Origin: Octopus bimaculoides
Taxonomy: Eukaryota
Length of the DNA stretch: 56,294 nt
Reading direction: 5' to 3'
NCBI RefSeq assembly: GCF_001194135.2
Contig: NC_068987.1
Location: forward strand, 47,274,907-47,331,200
Shown here: one piece after another, positions 23,897 to 37,447 of the stretch
Layout: every line of letters starts with the position of its first letter
How positions within the stretch are numbered: the first letter of the stretch is position 1
Notes under the pieces: generated by a model
Database searches by the model: none
Seen by the model: only the letters and a program-made list of their open reading frames with translations
What the model was told of the DNA's origin: nothing
Made by a program: the position numbers and the translations under genes

Positions 23897-24845
23897 CATC
23901 ATTGTTTAGTGTCCTCATTCCATGCTTGCATGAGTTGGACGGTCTTACGTGGAGCTGGCTAGCAGGGAGCTGGTAAGACCAGGGACTGCACCAGGCCCCA
24001 TTTTCTGTTCTAGCATGGCTTCTGTGGCTGGATGCTCTTCCTGATGCCAACCACTCCATAGAGTGTACAGGGTGTTACTAATGCTGCACCAGCACAAGTG
24101 CATTATATGTGACACCAGCGTCTGTATCTATTCTGCTGTGGCAGATGAGTCTTCTTGAGTAAAGCAATGTGCCACTTATTTGGTTCTTAGTCATCTCCTT
24201 CATAAGGCTCAGAGTCTTGAGATCGGCTTTCAATAATTGATCCTGTTTTCTCGGGTCTCCCTCTTCCACGAGTTCCATCCATTTTAAGTGATTGGCATTT
24301 CTTTATGCAACTGTTAACAGCCATACACGTCACATGATCAAACCAGTGCAGTCTTCTCTCTTGCACACTGCATCTAATTCCTCTTATGTCCAACTTTACC
24401 CTCAAAACCCCAGTACTGTTGAATATACACTGACATTGCACATCCAGCAGAGCATACTAGCTTCATTCCTCTCTAGCCTTCAAATGTCTCCTGCATTCAG
24501 GGTCCACATTTCACTACCATGTAGCATTGCTGTTTCTATACCATCATACAATTTTTCTTTCACAGAGAGAGACCTTTGGTTGCCAACAGATGTAAAAGTC
24601 CTCTGAATTTTCTCCATCCAGTTCTTAGGCTGGCAATTACACTTTCCATGCATCCTCCCCCACAGCTAATTAGGTCCCCTAGGTAGCAGAAATTATACAC
24701 TACTTCTGAAGAGCCTCCAAGGCATTTGAGAAAATCGATTTCCCGAGTATCTGTAGTTTTTATAGCTCCTGTGCATCTTCCACATACAAACACTACCTTC
24801 TCTGATAACATTCTTATTATTCCACTGTACCTCTTGTGTGTCTAT
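23897..24845 (-). mobile_element. RTE LINE 3' portion with tail
   Basis: Reads VFVCGRC...FCYLGDLIS...RTGWRKFRGLL; VQERRLHWFDHV...RGRGRP. The (GAT)n tail is at ~23897. Confidence 0.85.
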
Positions 24846-25194
24846 AGCTTGCATTGAGTACACTATATGGAATTCCTGCCTACACCCTTTCTACAAATCG
24901 AGCAGGGCCATTATAGATGAAACAACAGTTATACATGTATTTAAATACTTTCAAGTATATTTTTATACATATAAATACATGTATATATTCACGCTTATAA
25001 ACGTGTATAATTATATATTTATGTATGCATAATTTTATTTTTATTTTTTAATCAGTACAAATGCCATGCACGAAACTCTCAACCTCAAAGTCACTTTTGT
25101 TATTAATTTGCCTATTAAAAAAATACTTTTTCTCCAATTTGCCCAACCAAATCAAGCTTATATATATATATATGTGTGTGTGTGNNNNNNNNNN

Positions 25195-25250
<56 letters not shown>

Positions 25251-25886
25251 GTTGACGTCATAAGAATTTAGAAACTTCGGGAGAACATGAAATAATTGTG
25301 TCATTTTTAGCACGTTTAACTAGACGATAAAGCTATAAATAATAGCGTGTAAATAATAGATTCGTGCCTCACTTTTTCTACCCAAAAGGTATTTTTAACC
25401 CAGTATTTACACACTATTATATCTTTACCTGTTTCGAGCTAAAACGCTCCCCCACAAAAATTATATATTTACGTGTGGGTGGGTGGGTAACTTAGATAAA
25501 ACTTTATAAGACCGAAACAATGCGAAATTAAAGAAAACTGAACTACAAAAGTAGATAATATACATAATATATAATACATGCACACTCATGCAAAATACAC
25601 GTTTATTTATGGTAGAGTGTTGCTACTATTGTCGACACATTCGCATGAAATAATATACAACTGTCATTCTGATGCATAACACCATCTTAACCTGATTTGA
25701 TGTAATGGATAGTTGTTGGATAACTTAGTGATGTAAATATGAAAAATCAACGCACTTATATATATGTGTATGTAAAAAAATATACCCACACACATTGTTT
25801 GCATGTATACACTTGAAAATGAAATACTGTTATTGTTATGGGTACATATGCGCGCGCAAACGAATGTGCATATATGTATATATATG

Positions 25887-25979
<93 letters not shown>

Positions 25980-26376
25980 GTGTGTGTGTGTGTGTAATCG
26001 TGTTTGTGTGTACAAACATTAGAATGAATCCAACGTGTCAGCGTCTATGTTTTTAATGAGAACAGTCAAATGTACCCGAAATCACACGATACTGTCAAAT
26101 AAAAACAAAGAACACATTGGATGATAAACTCTCGGAGATACATTCTCGTAATAAAACATGGAATGGTCCTGGCTAGAATGATTTTCATCACGTCTGCTCA
26201 ATCAAGACCAAGCCAGAATACACTCATTTTATGTAAAATATATTGATACACTCAGAGATGTGTGTGTGTCAATGTAGTCTGTATGTGCGTTTATCCGGGT
26301 ATGTATGTGTGCGTTTGTCTGTTTGCAAGAGTGCATGTCTCTGTGTGTGTGTGTGTGTGTGTGTGTAATTCTGTAC

Positions 26377-26463
26377 GTCCATGGGTGTACAGATAACAAG
26401 ATCAAGACTAAAGGGAGCAGGAGCATCAGTGTGGTGGCCGCCTCTGCCAGATCATTGTCATTA
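26377..26463 (-). CDS. Candidate 87-nt phase 2-2 exon (NDNDLAEAATTLMLLLPLVLILLSVHPW)
   Basis: Strong (TTTC)n pyrimidine tract plus TAG acceptor at 26464, and a weak donor AC|GTACAG at 26376. It is in frame with the candidate exon at 27631-27713. Confidence 0.25.
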
Positions 26464-26471
26464 CTAGAAAG

Positions 26472-26510
<39 letters not shown>

Positions 26511-27310
26511 GCATCAAACGTCAAATCTCGTCCAAATATCTTGAACAAAAAAGTAGGAATGAGACATTGGACAATTTGTGCTTCCACGCACGGGATGACA
26601 GAATGGTCAGGATTGCAATGCCTTTGTTTATAGTCATCATGGCTGACCTGGGGTTAAACGACCACAGCGACGATAATGCGTAACGTCATATACATACACA
26701 CACGCTCGCGCACACGCACACACACAAATACGTGTGTGTATTATATGCATGTATAGTAATTATTAAATTCTTAGTGAAATGAATCTATGATGCGATTTCG
26801 ATCCCAAATGAAATTTTTGCACACTTATATACTTGTCAGTGGAAAAGGCATGAACATCACAATAAAGACATTATACTGAAAAAAAAAAAATGTTTCATCA
26901 TGCCAGCATGCAAAAAGACAAAAGCTTTCAAAAAAATTATTTCTATAGTAGGAAAAAATAAGTTGATATACTCTGTTAATAAAAAAAAAAAAGACGAACG
27001 CGAGAAAACACACACATACACAAAGAATGTACACTTTCGCTCTCTTTACTTGTCTATATTTATTTACTCTTTTTCTCTCATACAGTCACTCACAGATGAA
27101 TTTTAATACTTACAGAATGGATAGTACTATCTATCTATCTATCTAGATATCTATTTAACTGTCTGTCTGTCTATCTATTTATCTATCTCCAGAATGGCCA
27201 CAACCCTGGTTGAAACCAATAAAACAGAAGAATGTACATGAATGTATATTAACGCGTGAATATATATATGTACGATTTGGAACTGCTGTTGTTTAGAAAT
27301 GTGAAAATAC

Positions 27311-27354
<44 letters not shown>

Positions 27355-27630
27355 NNNNNNNNNNNNNNNNNNNNNNNNNNNNNNNNNNNNNNNNNNNNNN
27401 NNNNNNNNNNNNNNNNNNNNNNNNNNNNNNNNNNNNNNNNNNNNNNNNNNNNNNNNNNNNNNNNNNNNNNNNNNNNNNNNNNNNNNNNNNNNNNNNNNNN
27501 NNNNNNNNNNNNNNNNNNNNNNNNNNNNNNNNNNNNNNNNNNNNNNNNNNNNNNNNNNNNNNNATATATACATACATACATACACATACACACACAAATA
27601 AAGTAAACAAATCAGACACAAGAGAAACAC

Positions 27631-27713
27631 CGTCCATTGTTCACGTGCAGGAGAAAAAACGGAGCAAAAAGGAGCAAAAGAAAGAAAACAGAAGCTGACA
27701 AGACGGACGACAT
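27631..27713 (-). CDS. Candidate signal-peptide-like first coding exon (MSSVLSASVFFLLLLFAPFFLLHVNNG)
   Basis: Minus-strand acceptor attcttctccag| at 27736, ATG at 27713 and donor CG|GTGTTT at 27630. The hydrophobicity may simply reflect pyrimidine-rich DNA. Confidence 0.3.
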
Positions 27714-29104
27714 GATGGAAGTGTCGGTTGGCAGACTGGAGAAGAATGTTTTTGTTTTTGGAGATTTAAAAATTGGATTGAGTGAAGAAAGTAGCTTCGT
27801 TAGAATGGTAAATAATTATAAACCGAAACTGATTGCATAGATGGAATCAAATAAGAAAACAATACTTATATGTATATATATATACACACTCGAACATATG
27901 TACAAGCAAACATGTAAACAAAGTAATTTTCATATACTTATATATACACATACAAATATGTTTGCATATACATACACATGAAATATACACACATCTACAC
28001 ACACACGTGTGTTACATACAAGTATGCCATACATATGCATGTATATACACCCATGTACCATGTATGTGTCTGTATGTATGCATATATATATATCAAATCC
28101 CTGCATGTCGTAAGAGGCGATTAAAAGGATCGGTGTCAAGAAGGGTATCCGGCTTTAAAGCACTTCCTCAAAAAGGCCCGTCCAATCCATGCAAACATAG
28201 AAAACCGGACATAAATAGGATGATGCATATCAGTCTGTTTATTGGGGGGGGGGGGTATACATAACACATACGTGTATACACAAGTGTACATATGCACATA
28301 TACATAAATGTGCGTGGACAAAGCATCACGGAAGGCAAAAGCAAAATTTCCGTGGCAGCCACTGCGGCTGGGTTGCCTGTCCTTATCAGACCAATCCTTA
28401 TTGCCCTCAATCAGCTGACAATAAGCCTACAGCCTCCGGAGACAGACAGACAGACCCCACCCTTCTGCGAAGTTGAGGATATATAAATACACACAGATAA
28501 TATATATCTATATAATTTGCCAAAAGGTTTGCAAGACACCAGCAGGCCTCATTTGTGTCCATAGAATATGATCGATGCTTTATTTTGCTGAACTCTCATT
28601 TGTCGTTCATGACAAGAGAATGTACCATATATATATATTGTGTATCCTTATACATAATGTCTGTGTCTGGATTTACAAACAAGTATTCGATCTCCCAGAT
28701 TACTCTTTGATCAAGACGAATACCCTCGCGAAACTTAGTGTAAACAGAGTAGCATTGCTGTAAACACACACGTATGCTTATAGCCTAAGCACAAGGCCCT
28801 TTCTCTACTTTGTCATGTGATCGATTAAATAAACTTATCAAATCATCCCGTCCTTGATGAGGGTTAAAAAACAAAGTTGACGACGAGCGAAATTTGAATG
28901 TTAAGAAACGTTTAAATCACCAGATATCGTTTAAAAAAATGCACATTATAAATTAGGTCTAAATAATAATAGAAATAAATTACAAAACAATTGTTTCATG
29001 AATAAAGGACATTCGGTATAAATTTAAGAAATGAAACAGTGATGCTGTGATATGCATGTGTTTCCCCAAGGTGATATCAAATTAAGGAAGAACAAAAAAT
29101 AATA

Positions 29105-29345
29105 GTTTCAAATTTTGGCACAAGGCTAGTAGTTTTAGGGCGAGAAAGTTAAATCGATTACATCAACCCGAGTATTTGACTGGTAATTTATTTTATTGAC
29201 CCTGAAATGATGAAAGACAAAGTTGACCTCGGTGTGCTGCCTGGTTTCAAATATTGGCACAAGGCCAGCAATCTTATGGAAGCGGGTGGTTATCAGTACT
29301 TTATCTGTTTTGACCCTGTAAGGATGAAAGGCAAAGATGACGTTG
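29105..29345 (-). mobile_element. Two tandem truncated SINE family B copies
   Basis: gtttcaaat(t/a)ttggcacaaggc starts at ~29105 and ~29235, each followed by tgaccc...gatgaaag.caaag.tgac. Confidence 0.75.
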
Positions 29346-31805
29346 GTGGGGGAAAAAAATAATAATAATTTCTCAGATAACTGCTGACGGAAGTAAAATG
29401 TCGATAATTACTGTTGGTATTTTTATTGTAGGTGATTTACTAAGGTTTACTGAAAGAAAGAAAAGTATATAGAAATGTAAGCAGTCAAAAAATGCGACGG
29501 GTGGAGGAGTTGTTTTCTTTAAACAAGGAATGCGCCCGAAACATGATCATCAAACAGACAAGAGGTAAATGGATGTGACAGAGAGAAAAAGAGAAGGAAG
29601 TAAAAAGACGGTATTAACAGAGCCGTTAGTGTCGGGTGGCCTAGTGGATATATGATCCGACTCCCTCTACTACTGCTCTCAGTTCTAATCCCACCCTAGT
29701 CAATCTGGCAATCCATCTTTTCGGGTTTGATAAATAGAATACCTGAACAGAGCGGAATTGTCAGAACGTTCGACGAGATACCTTGGGGATTATGCATTTC
29801 GGTTTTTATGAGTTTCGTGTTATAAAATACCGCCTATTCCACCATTAACAGTGAAGTAGCTTCTTCCGGGTGAATGAGAAAGCGATAAATAAATAAATAA
29901 AACGGCACCGAATTCAAAAATACGCTTCCGTCCTTATTTTGAGCAGGAACGATCTGAGAGCACAAAGTAAGGACGATGATGATGATGCTGATGCTGACAA
30001 GACATAGAAGTAATAGGATGGAGGACAAATAAGAAAGTTTTGTCGTTGTCAAATCGTTAAACAGAAATACAACGAAGCAGAGAAGAGCGGAGACGATGAA
30101 AAAGTGGAGGATCGACACTTAATAGACATATTTGCTGCTAATTAATTCACTTACTAACGATCACAGTCCCTACAGTCCTACAACCAGCCCAACGGACACC
30201 CCACCGTCCACCGAAATTTAAACATACAATATAAATCATACACACGCACACACACGAATCCAGACATCGAAAAAACACGACCTTATTTATAATCAGGTTT
30301 AATTGTAAGCAATAACAGCACAATGGGTTCGTATATAAAACATAAATAAAGCCAGTCGATTTAAATTTAAGAGGGGATGCAGTGATGAGCATGTATTTAC
30401 TGAGGCTAAAAAAATTACAAGGTTATAAAACAAAACAATACGAGTAATAATAAAAAAAATAATAATAATTACTGAGCTCGGCAAACGTAGTAAATGTTGC
30501 TGCTGTCGCTGAGAATGTTGTTGATGTCGATGTTGCGGCTTGTTACTGTTATTATTATTATTATTGGTGATAGTGGTAGTGGTTTTATTAAGGGTCGTTG
30601 ACAAAAAGTGTGAGCAGCCAGAAAAGTGTGACGAAGTGGAGTTGTTTGTTGTTCTTTAAACAAGGAAATCCATCCAAAGCACCATCAGAAGAAAGAAAGT
30701 AAATGTGAGGGAGAAGGAGAGGAGATGGGCGAGTAGAGAAGAATTAAAGGCAGAAAAAGAAAGGATGCAGGCGGATGATTACCAACGGTTAAAAAGAAAT
30801 AAAAACAAGAAGGAAAGGAGCGGAGAATATGAGTGGGAAGAAGAAAAATAACAGCAAGAAATACAGAGAGAGGAGGTAACTAACTTGCGAGGAGAAGGAG
30901 AGTGACAATAATAATAAGTAAATACAGACAGAGGGAGAAGAAAACTTCTGAGAAGGGGAGGTGAGTACAATCAGTATACAAAGAGTGAGAAGTGAAGGGG
31001 AGGAGAAAGAGAAGAAACATATGAGAAGTGGGAAAGAGTAGCTTACCAAAAGAGATATGAAGAAACAGTAAATATAAAGAGAGAGAGGGAGGGCAGTTCA
31101 TAAGAAGAAACAGTAAACAATACAAAAAAAGGGGGAAGCAGTTTATGAGAAGGGGAGGCGAGAAGAAACAATGTGAAATAATGAGAGGAGTAAATATTTT
31201 GAGAGGTGGTGAAAGGAAAAGAGAAAGAGAGTAGTAAAAAGTAAATGAAAAGTAAAATAAATGGAGTTGTTCAAAAATAAACAGTGAAAGCAACAGAAAC
31301 GTAACGAATCAAACACAGTTTGTGTGATGGCTAAGATCAAGGTCTAATTCTTATACTAATTAACAACTATGTATATGTGTGTATGTATGTATGTATACGG
31401 GGGAAAGAAATAAGTCAGGAAAAATTAAAGGGTGACGTACATTTGAATAACAAAAAGAAATTACAGTGAAAAAAGAATTTGAGAGGGAGGTGGGAATTTT
31501 AACTGTAGGAATCAAAAAAGGTCCTCGGACAAAATAACCTGCTTAAGTTCAAACCACACTAAATCACAAAAGTATTGATCAATCAAACACAGCCTGCCTA
31601 TACATTTGTAGCAATGTGTCAGAATATGTGTTTGTGTACAAACAATTTTCATAACAACAGCCAGAAAGACATAATTCTTGAGACATGCTGAAATCGGTCA
31701 AGTGTATTCCTATATTTCAAAATCTAATTAAATTTTGATTAATTCTAATTATTCCCTGTGCAGTTTTAACTTCATTATTTTTTCTATACTTCCACATGTT
31801 TGAAT

Positions 31806-31979
31806 TGGGTGTGTGCTAAGAAGCTTGCTTTCCAAACATATGGTTCCGGGTTCGGTCCCACTGTGCGACACTTTGAGCAAGTGATTTGTACCACTGCTCC
31901 GGCTGTCTTCTACTATAGCCTTGGGCCGACCAAAGCCTTGTGAGTGGATTTGGTAGACGGAAACTAAAAGAAGCCCGTC

Positions 31980-32025
<46 letters not shown>

Positions 32026-32235
32026 GTTTGTTGTTTGTGTCTGTGTTTGTCCCCCCACCATCGCTTGACAACCGACGTCGGTGTGTTTACGTCCCTGTAA
32101 CTTAGCGGTTCGGCAAAAAGAAACCCATAAAATAAGTACTAGGCTTACAAAGAAAAAGTCCTGGGGTTGATTTATTCAACTAAAGGGGGTGCTCCAGCAT
32201 GGCCGCAGTCAAATGAGTGAAACTAGTAAAAGAGT
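31806..32235 (+). mobile_element. SINE family A, full length (small insertion in the core); a second 3' half follows at ~32290-32500
   Basis: Family motifs present. Confidence 0.9.
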
Positions 32236-32827
32236 ATCTATGTGTGTGTGTGTGCATGTGTGTTATACATATATGTGTATGTGATATATGTGTGTGTGTG
32301 TATGTGTTTCTCCCCCACCACCACTTGACAACTGGTGTTGGTTTGTTGTCATACCTGTAACTTAGCAATTTGGCAAAAGATACCAACTGAATAAATACTA
32401 AGATTTTAAAAAATATGCATTGGAGTTCATTTCTTCAACTAAACTCTTCAAGGCGATGACACAGCATGGCCGCAGTCTAGTGAGAGAAACAAGTAAAAGA
32501 TAATATATATATAGGATGGTGGTTGCTCCCATCGGTTCCCACATATAAGTATTTGGTGAAGACTTAAAATTAAAGAGAGTCGTAGAAAGAAGGGGGAAAG
32601 AAAACTGAGAAGCTGCATCTATTTGCGATGGATTTGTGCATGAAATTTCGGCCCAGGTATGGATTTTGCTATGAAGTCGCAATTGGGACATTAATGATTT
32701 TGATCTTGCCAGGGATTGGGCAAGTCTGTCTGTTGATTGCGGGATAGAGTACTTCTGTTGTTCTTTTCCTTAAAATTCAAATTCTTTGGATGCATCCTGG
32801 CACATTTTATGCCATACAGATCAATAT

Positions 32828-32900
32828 AGGCCAATGGTTACAAACCTGGTGTCTGTGGACCCCTGGTGGTCCGCAAAGGTAGAACTGGGGTCTGTGAACT
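32828..32900 (+). mobile_element. hAT/Charlie-type terminal sequence remnant
   Basis: caatggttacaaacctggtgtctgtggacccctgg resembles Charlie/MER5-like ends (CAGTGGTTCCCAACCTGGGGTCCGCGGACCCC). Confidence 0.45.
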
Positions 32901-33796
32901 ACTAAGTTCAAAATTTTATATATATATATATATATNNNNNNNNNNNNNNNNNNNNNNNNNNNNNNNNNNNNNNNNNNNNNNNNNNNNNNNNNNNNNNNNN
33001 NNNNNNNNNNNNNNNNNNNNNNNNNNNNNNNNNNNNNNNNNNNNNNNNNNNNNNNNNNNNNNNNNNNNNNNNNNNNNNNNNNNNNNNNNNNNNNNNNNNN
33101 NNNNNNNNNNNNNNNNNNNNNNNNNNNNNNNNNNNNNNNNNNNNNNNNNNNNNNNNNNNNNNNNNNNNNNNNNNNNNNNNNNNNNNNNNNNNNNNNNNNN
33201 NNNNNNNNNNNNNNNNNNNNNNNNNNNNNNNNNNNNNNNNNNNNNNNNNNNNNNNNNNNNNNNNNNNNNNNNNNNNNNNNNNNNNNNNNNNNNNNNNNNN
33301 NNNNNNNNNNNNNNNNNNNNNNNNNNNNNNNNNNNNNNNNNNNNNNNNNNNNNNNNNNNNNNNNNNNNNNNNNNNNNNNNNNNNNNNNNNNNNNNNNNNN
33401 NNNNNNNNNNNNNNNNNNNNNNNNNNNNNNNNNNNNNNNNNNNNNNNNNNNNNNNNNNNNNNNNNNNNNNNNNNNNNNNNNNNNNNNNNNNNNNNNNNNN
33501 NNNNNNNNNNNNNNNNNNNNNNNNNNNNNNNNNNNNNNNNNNNNNNNNNNNNNNNNNNNNNNNNNNNNNNNNNNNNNNNNNNNNNNNNNNNNNNNNNNNN
33601 NNNNNNNNNNNNNNNNNNNNNNNNNNNNNNNNNNNNNNNNNNNNNNNNNNNNNNNNNNNNNNNNNNNNNNNNNNNNNNNNNNNNNNNNNNNNNNNNNNNN
33701 NNNNNNNNNNNNNNNNNNNNNNNNNNNNNNNNNNNNNNNNNNNNNNNNNNNNNNNNNNNNNNNNNNNNNNNNNNNNNNNNNNNNNNNNNNNNNNNG

Positions 33797-33895
33797 GCAC
33801 CCTAAGAAAGTGTCTTCTACTATAGCTTCGGGCTGACCAAAGCCTTGTGAGTGGATTTGGTAAACGGAAATTGAAAGAAGCCCATTGTATATATG

Positions 33896-33958
<63 letters not shown>

Positions 33959-34102
33959 GTATGTATGTATGTGTGTACGTGTATCTCTCCCCAACATCGC
34001 TTGACAACCAATGGTGGTGTGTTTACGTTCCCATAACTGAGCGGTTCAGCATAAGAGGCCGCTAGAATAAGTACTAGGCTTACAAAGAATAAGTCCTGGG
34101 GT
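33797..34102 (+). mobile_element. SINE family A, partial (between two gaps)
   Basis: Core, microsatellite and 3' half present. Confidence 0.85.
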
Positions 34103-36914
34103 NNNNNNNNNNNNNNNNNNNNNNNNNNNNNNNNNNNNNNNNNNNNNNNNNNNNNNNNNNNNNNNNNNNNNNNNNNNNNNNNNNNNNNNNNNNNNNNNNN
34201 NNGAAAAAGATATTTTTGTTTTAATATTATACTTTTACTTCGTTTCACACATAAATGCAAAAACTCTAATGTGTTTTTTTAGATGAATTTATCGTTCTCT
34301 CCACACACTTCATTACCATGTACTTCTATAACCTCTGCATTTTCACTTATTCGTTTCAAACTTCTTCGAATTTTGAGTCTAATGTAATCCACACTCTCTT
34401 GAAAACATATTTCTGCTAAATGTTATCTAAAATTATGGGTAAAGAAATAGCAAAAAATATTTGAAAATGGGAGTGGAGGTGAAATTTCTGAGGGTTCCTC
34501 CCCACCTCGTTTTCCGGACCCAAAAAAAGGGTTTTGTAGTATATTAGGTTACTGGAATTCATTCAACAAAAGGAACAAAAATATCCAATGATTCCGGGAT
34601 ATGGGATGATGGAGGTGTCTGGTTCCCACACCTTTTTTCTGAACAAAAATAAGGGGTTTGCAGCATATTAGGAAGTCAGGGTACTTGATTCCATGCAAAA
34701 AATCAGGGTTTTTTTTTCTTAGTGAAAATTGTTGGGGTGAGGTGAAATTTCCAAGGCCTCCACCTCATCCCACCCCATTTTACAGACCCCAAAAAAGGGT
34801 TTTTGTAGCATATTAGGAGGTCACCGAAATTCATTCAATGATTCTGAGATGAAACTCATTTCAACGCCAAAAATTGCAAAGGGAAAATCTATTCTGCAAT
34901 CTGGGATTATTATATATGTTATATCCAGCGATTTTGTGAGGTAGGAAAAAGATATTTTTGTTATAATATTATACTTTTACTTCGTTTCACACATATATGC
35001 AAAAACTCTAATGTGTTTTTTTAGATGAATTTATCATTTGTGATGAATTTATCGTTTAGATGAATTTATCGTAGCAGGTGAAAGAATCAGAATTTACCCA
35101 AAGAGGAATGGTGTAAGTGTGGGTGTGTGGGTAGGGACTGGTAACTGGGGCAAGACGAATGATTTCTGGTTTCTCGTTATTTTCTCCCTATCTGTTTGAA
35201 ATCATTACATTGCATCATCTTGCACTGTTGCATCATCCTTGGAAGTAAAAATTGGTCAGTATAGTTGTTGTTTGGAACAAAATCAGGTGACAGGTCCTGT
35301 TTTCCAATAAATTTTTCCTCAAATATGACCCGACTAATTTAGGTTACTAATAAAATATCTGGATAATTTTTGTTCTTTTCACAGTTAATATTCTTTTCTC
35401 TGTTGCATTCAAAGTTGATTTTTTCTCACACTAAATGCCTGATTTGATAATTTTCAAAAGGTGTCTAAAGTGGAGCAAAATGAGTAATGACTAATTTCAA
35501 TAATTTCTTCTCTTTAATTTGGATGGTGTGTAAATATATCATGAAGAGAACCTCTCCAGCACATCATGAAGAAGCTATAGAGAATATTTTATGATGAGTT
35601 TTTAGATTTAGTTGAGTTTCATTAACTTCATACTATGTGATTCTCTTTCAATTTAACCTAGATATTTTAAATTTTTATTGCATTTCTGATGTCTAAGAAT
35701 GGATATTGATGTGTAGGAGTATTTTCCCAAATGTAATTCTGGAGAATTGAAGAGGCAAATTTATCTTATCTTGTCTTACTGATTTTGCTCTGGCTAAATT
35801 TGTTGTTATATGCTCAAAGATATGCTCAGATTTATGTTATAGTGTTTTTAATGCATTTAGAGAACGTTATTTGCTTGGCTGATACAGTTTTTGTAAAGTA
35901 GTAAATACTTGTAAAAAGGGAGAAAAAAAATGCAGTAAATCTTACTCATTGTGCCCCAAACCCCTATAAAGTTAGCGAATGCAGCGAAAAATCAACGCTT
36001 TGTCAACGGATATCAAAACTATGCGATACTGGATTATTCGGGCACAACTGCTTTCATAATTTATCTTTTTATATTTTTTAGTCTTCTTCCATTTTAAAAT
36101 ATTTTTATCTCTTTACAGCATATTTTTTTATTTTAGTAGCTTTATTTTCAAAAGTAATTTTGATTAGTTTTTATTTTTATTTTGTATATTGAGAAATGTT
36201 AAAATTTATGCTTTTCTTTGAATTTTCTTTTCATTGTCAATGAAATGGGATGTATTTTGTGAATAAAAACTTTAAATTGTTCGGCACTGTATTTCACACC
36301 AACCCATGTTAGCATGGAAAGCAGACGTTAAACGATGATGATGACATGGTGATGAATCTAGCAATGATATTTTGGCATGTGATATAATTACTTGACACCA
36401 ATCACGACATATTACTAATTTTAACTGGAAATTTCTATTTTAAAAGTTAGCTAGTGGGGATAGGATAGTACTTATAATCTTTGTTAGACCACTTTAGCTG
36501 GTAAGGTTGGTGCAGCCTATATCCAGCCTGAACGTCTGTGAACAGGTGAATGCCTGCAGGAATAACGTGGGCAGTGAGGGTACCATAGTTCAGAATGCTT
36601 GAAACAACGAAATCTGCTAAAGCATCCAAGGATTACTAGATATGGTATACTGGTGTCATTGTTTATTCCTGGTTTTGCATCTCCATGCACTAAATCTCTA
36701 GTGTCACTACATGTTCCCGTCAACAACAGGTCAGCTCTATTTTCCATATCTTTTCCAATATTTGTATGAATATTTCTGGCTTTAATTCTCGGTGTTTTAC
36801 TGTCACATAAGAGATGGTTTGCTGTTGCCTTTCTCTGGAATTAAATTTCTATGAATTGGGTCTTTTTTTAGAGTTTCAAGTGTTATAGACATCAGCAATA
36901 ACACAGTACTGAAT

Positions 36915-37406
36915 ACATATATATATCAACATAACAGAAGAGGATGTAATATCAGCCATTGATGAGATAAGATCAAACTCAGCAACAGGCCCAGAGGGAC
37001 TACCAGCTGTTCTTTTAAAGACATGTAAACAAGCTCTTGGAAAGCCACTGCAGATCCTCTTCCACAGTTTCCTTGCATGTGGTAAACTTCCCAGCATGCT
37101 AAAAGAGCAGAAGCTAAAAGCTACAGGCCTATCTCTCTGACCTCACATGTTAGCTAAACAATGGAACACAATGTCAGAAAAAGGCTGATCACATTCCTAG
37201 AAGAAAACAACCTTCTCACAAACACGCAACATGGCTTCTGTCCAGGGAGGAGCTGCTGCACCACTTTGACTGGTTACTGAAGCAACAGCTAAACCAGTCA
37301 GCTGTAGACGTGATATACCTCGACTTTGCCAAGGTTTTCAACAAGGTTGTTCATGGCATATGTCACAAGCTGCGAAACCTTGGTATTACCAAAAAACTAG
37401 GAGCAT
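36915..37406 (+). mobile_element. CR1/L2-type LINE RT fragment
   Basis: Reads ITEEDVISAIDEIRSNSATGPEG...YRPISLTSHV...NTQHGFCPGRSC...VDVIYLDFAKVFNKVVHG...LGAW. It is cut off just before the foldback element. Confidence 0.9.
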
Positions 37407-37447
37407 GGGGATCTTTTTGGTTTGATGAGCAACACTTGTTTTCTTAA

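Noticed and set aside
25415-25465. Minus-strand GAGC-gtttta-GCTC-GAAA-CAG-GTA, resembling a hammerhead (also a CAG|GTAAAG donor)
   Set aside because: The position of CTGANGA reads TTGTGGG (4 of 7 mismatches), so it is at best a dead relic. No supporting acceptor or ORF for an exon.
27637-27840. + strand Lys-rich ORF with possible splice sites (27651-27807)
   Set aside because: It has purine-rich composition and no partner exons. It is the antisense of the minus-strand candidate and cannot be preferred without RNA data.
29834-30118. Hydrophobic 94-aa minus-strand ORF
   Set aside because: It has a GTG start, pyrimidine-rich low-complexity DNA and no recognisable motif.
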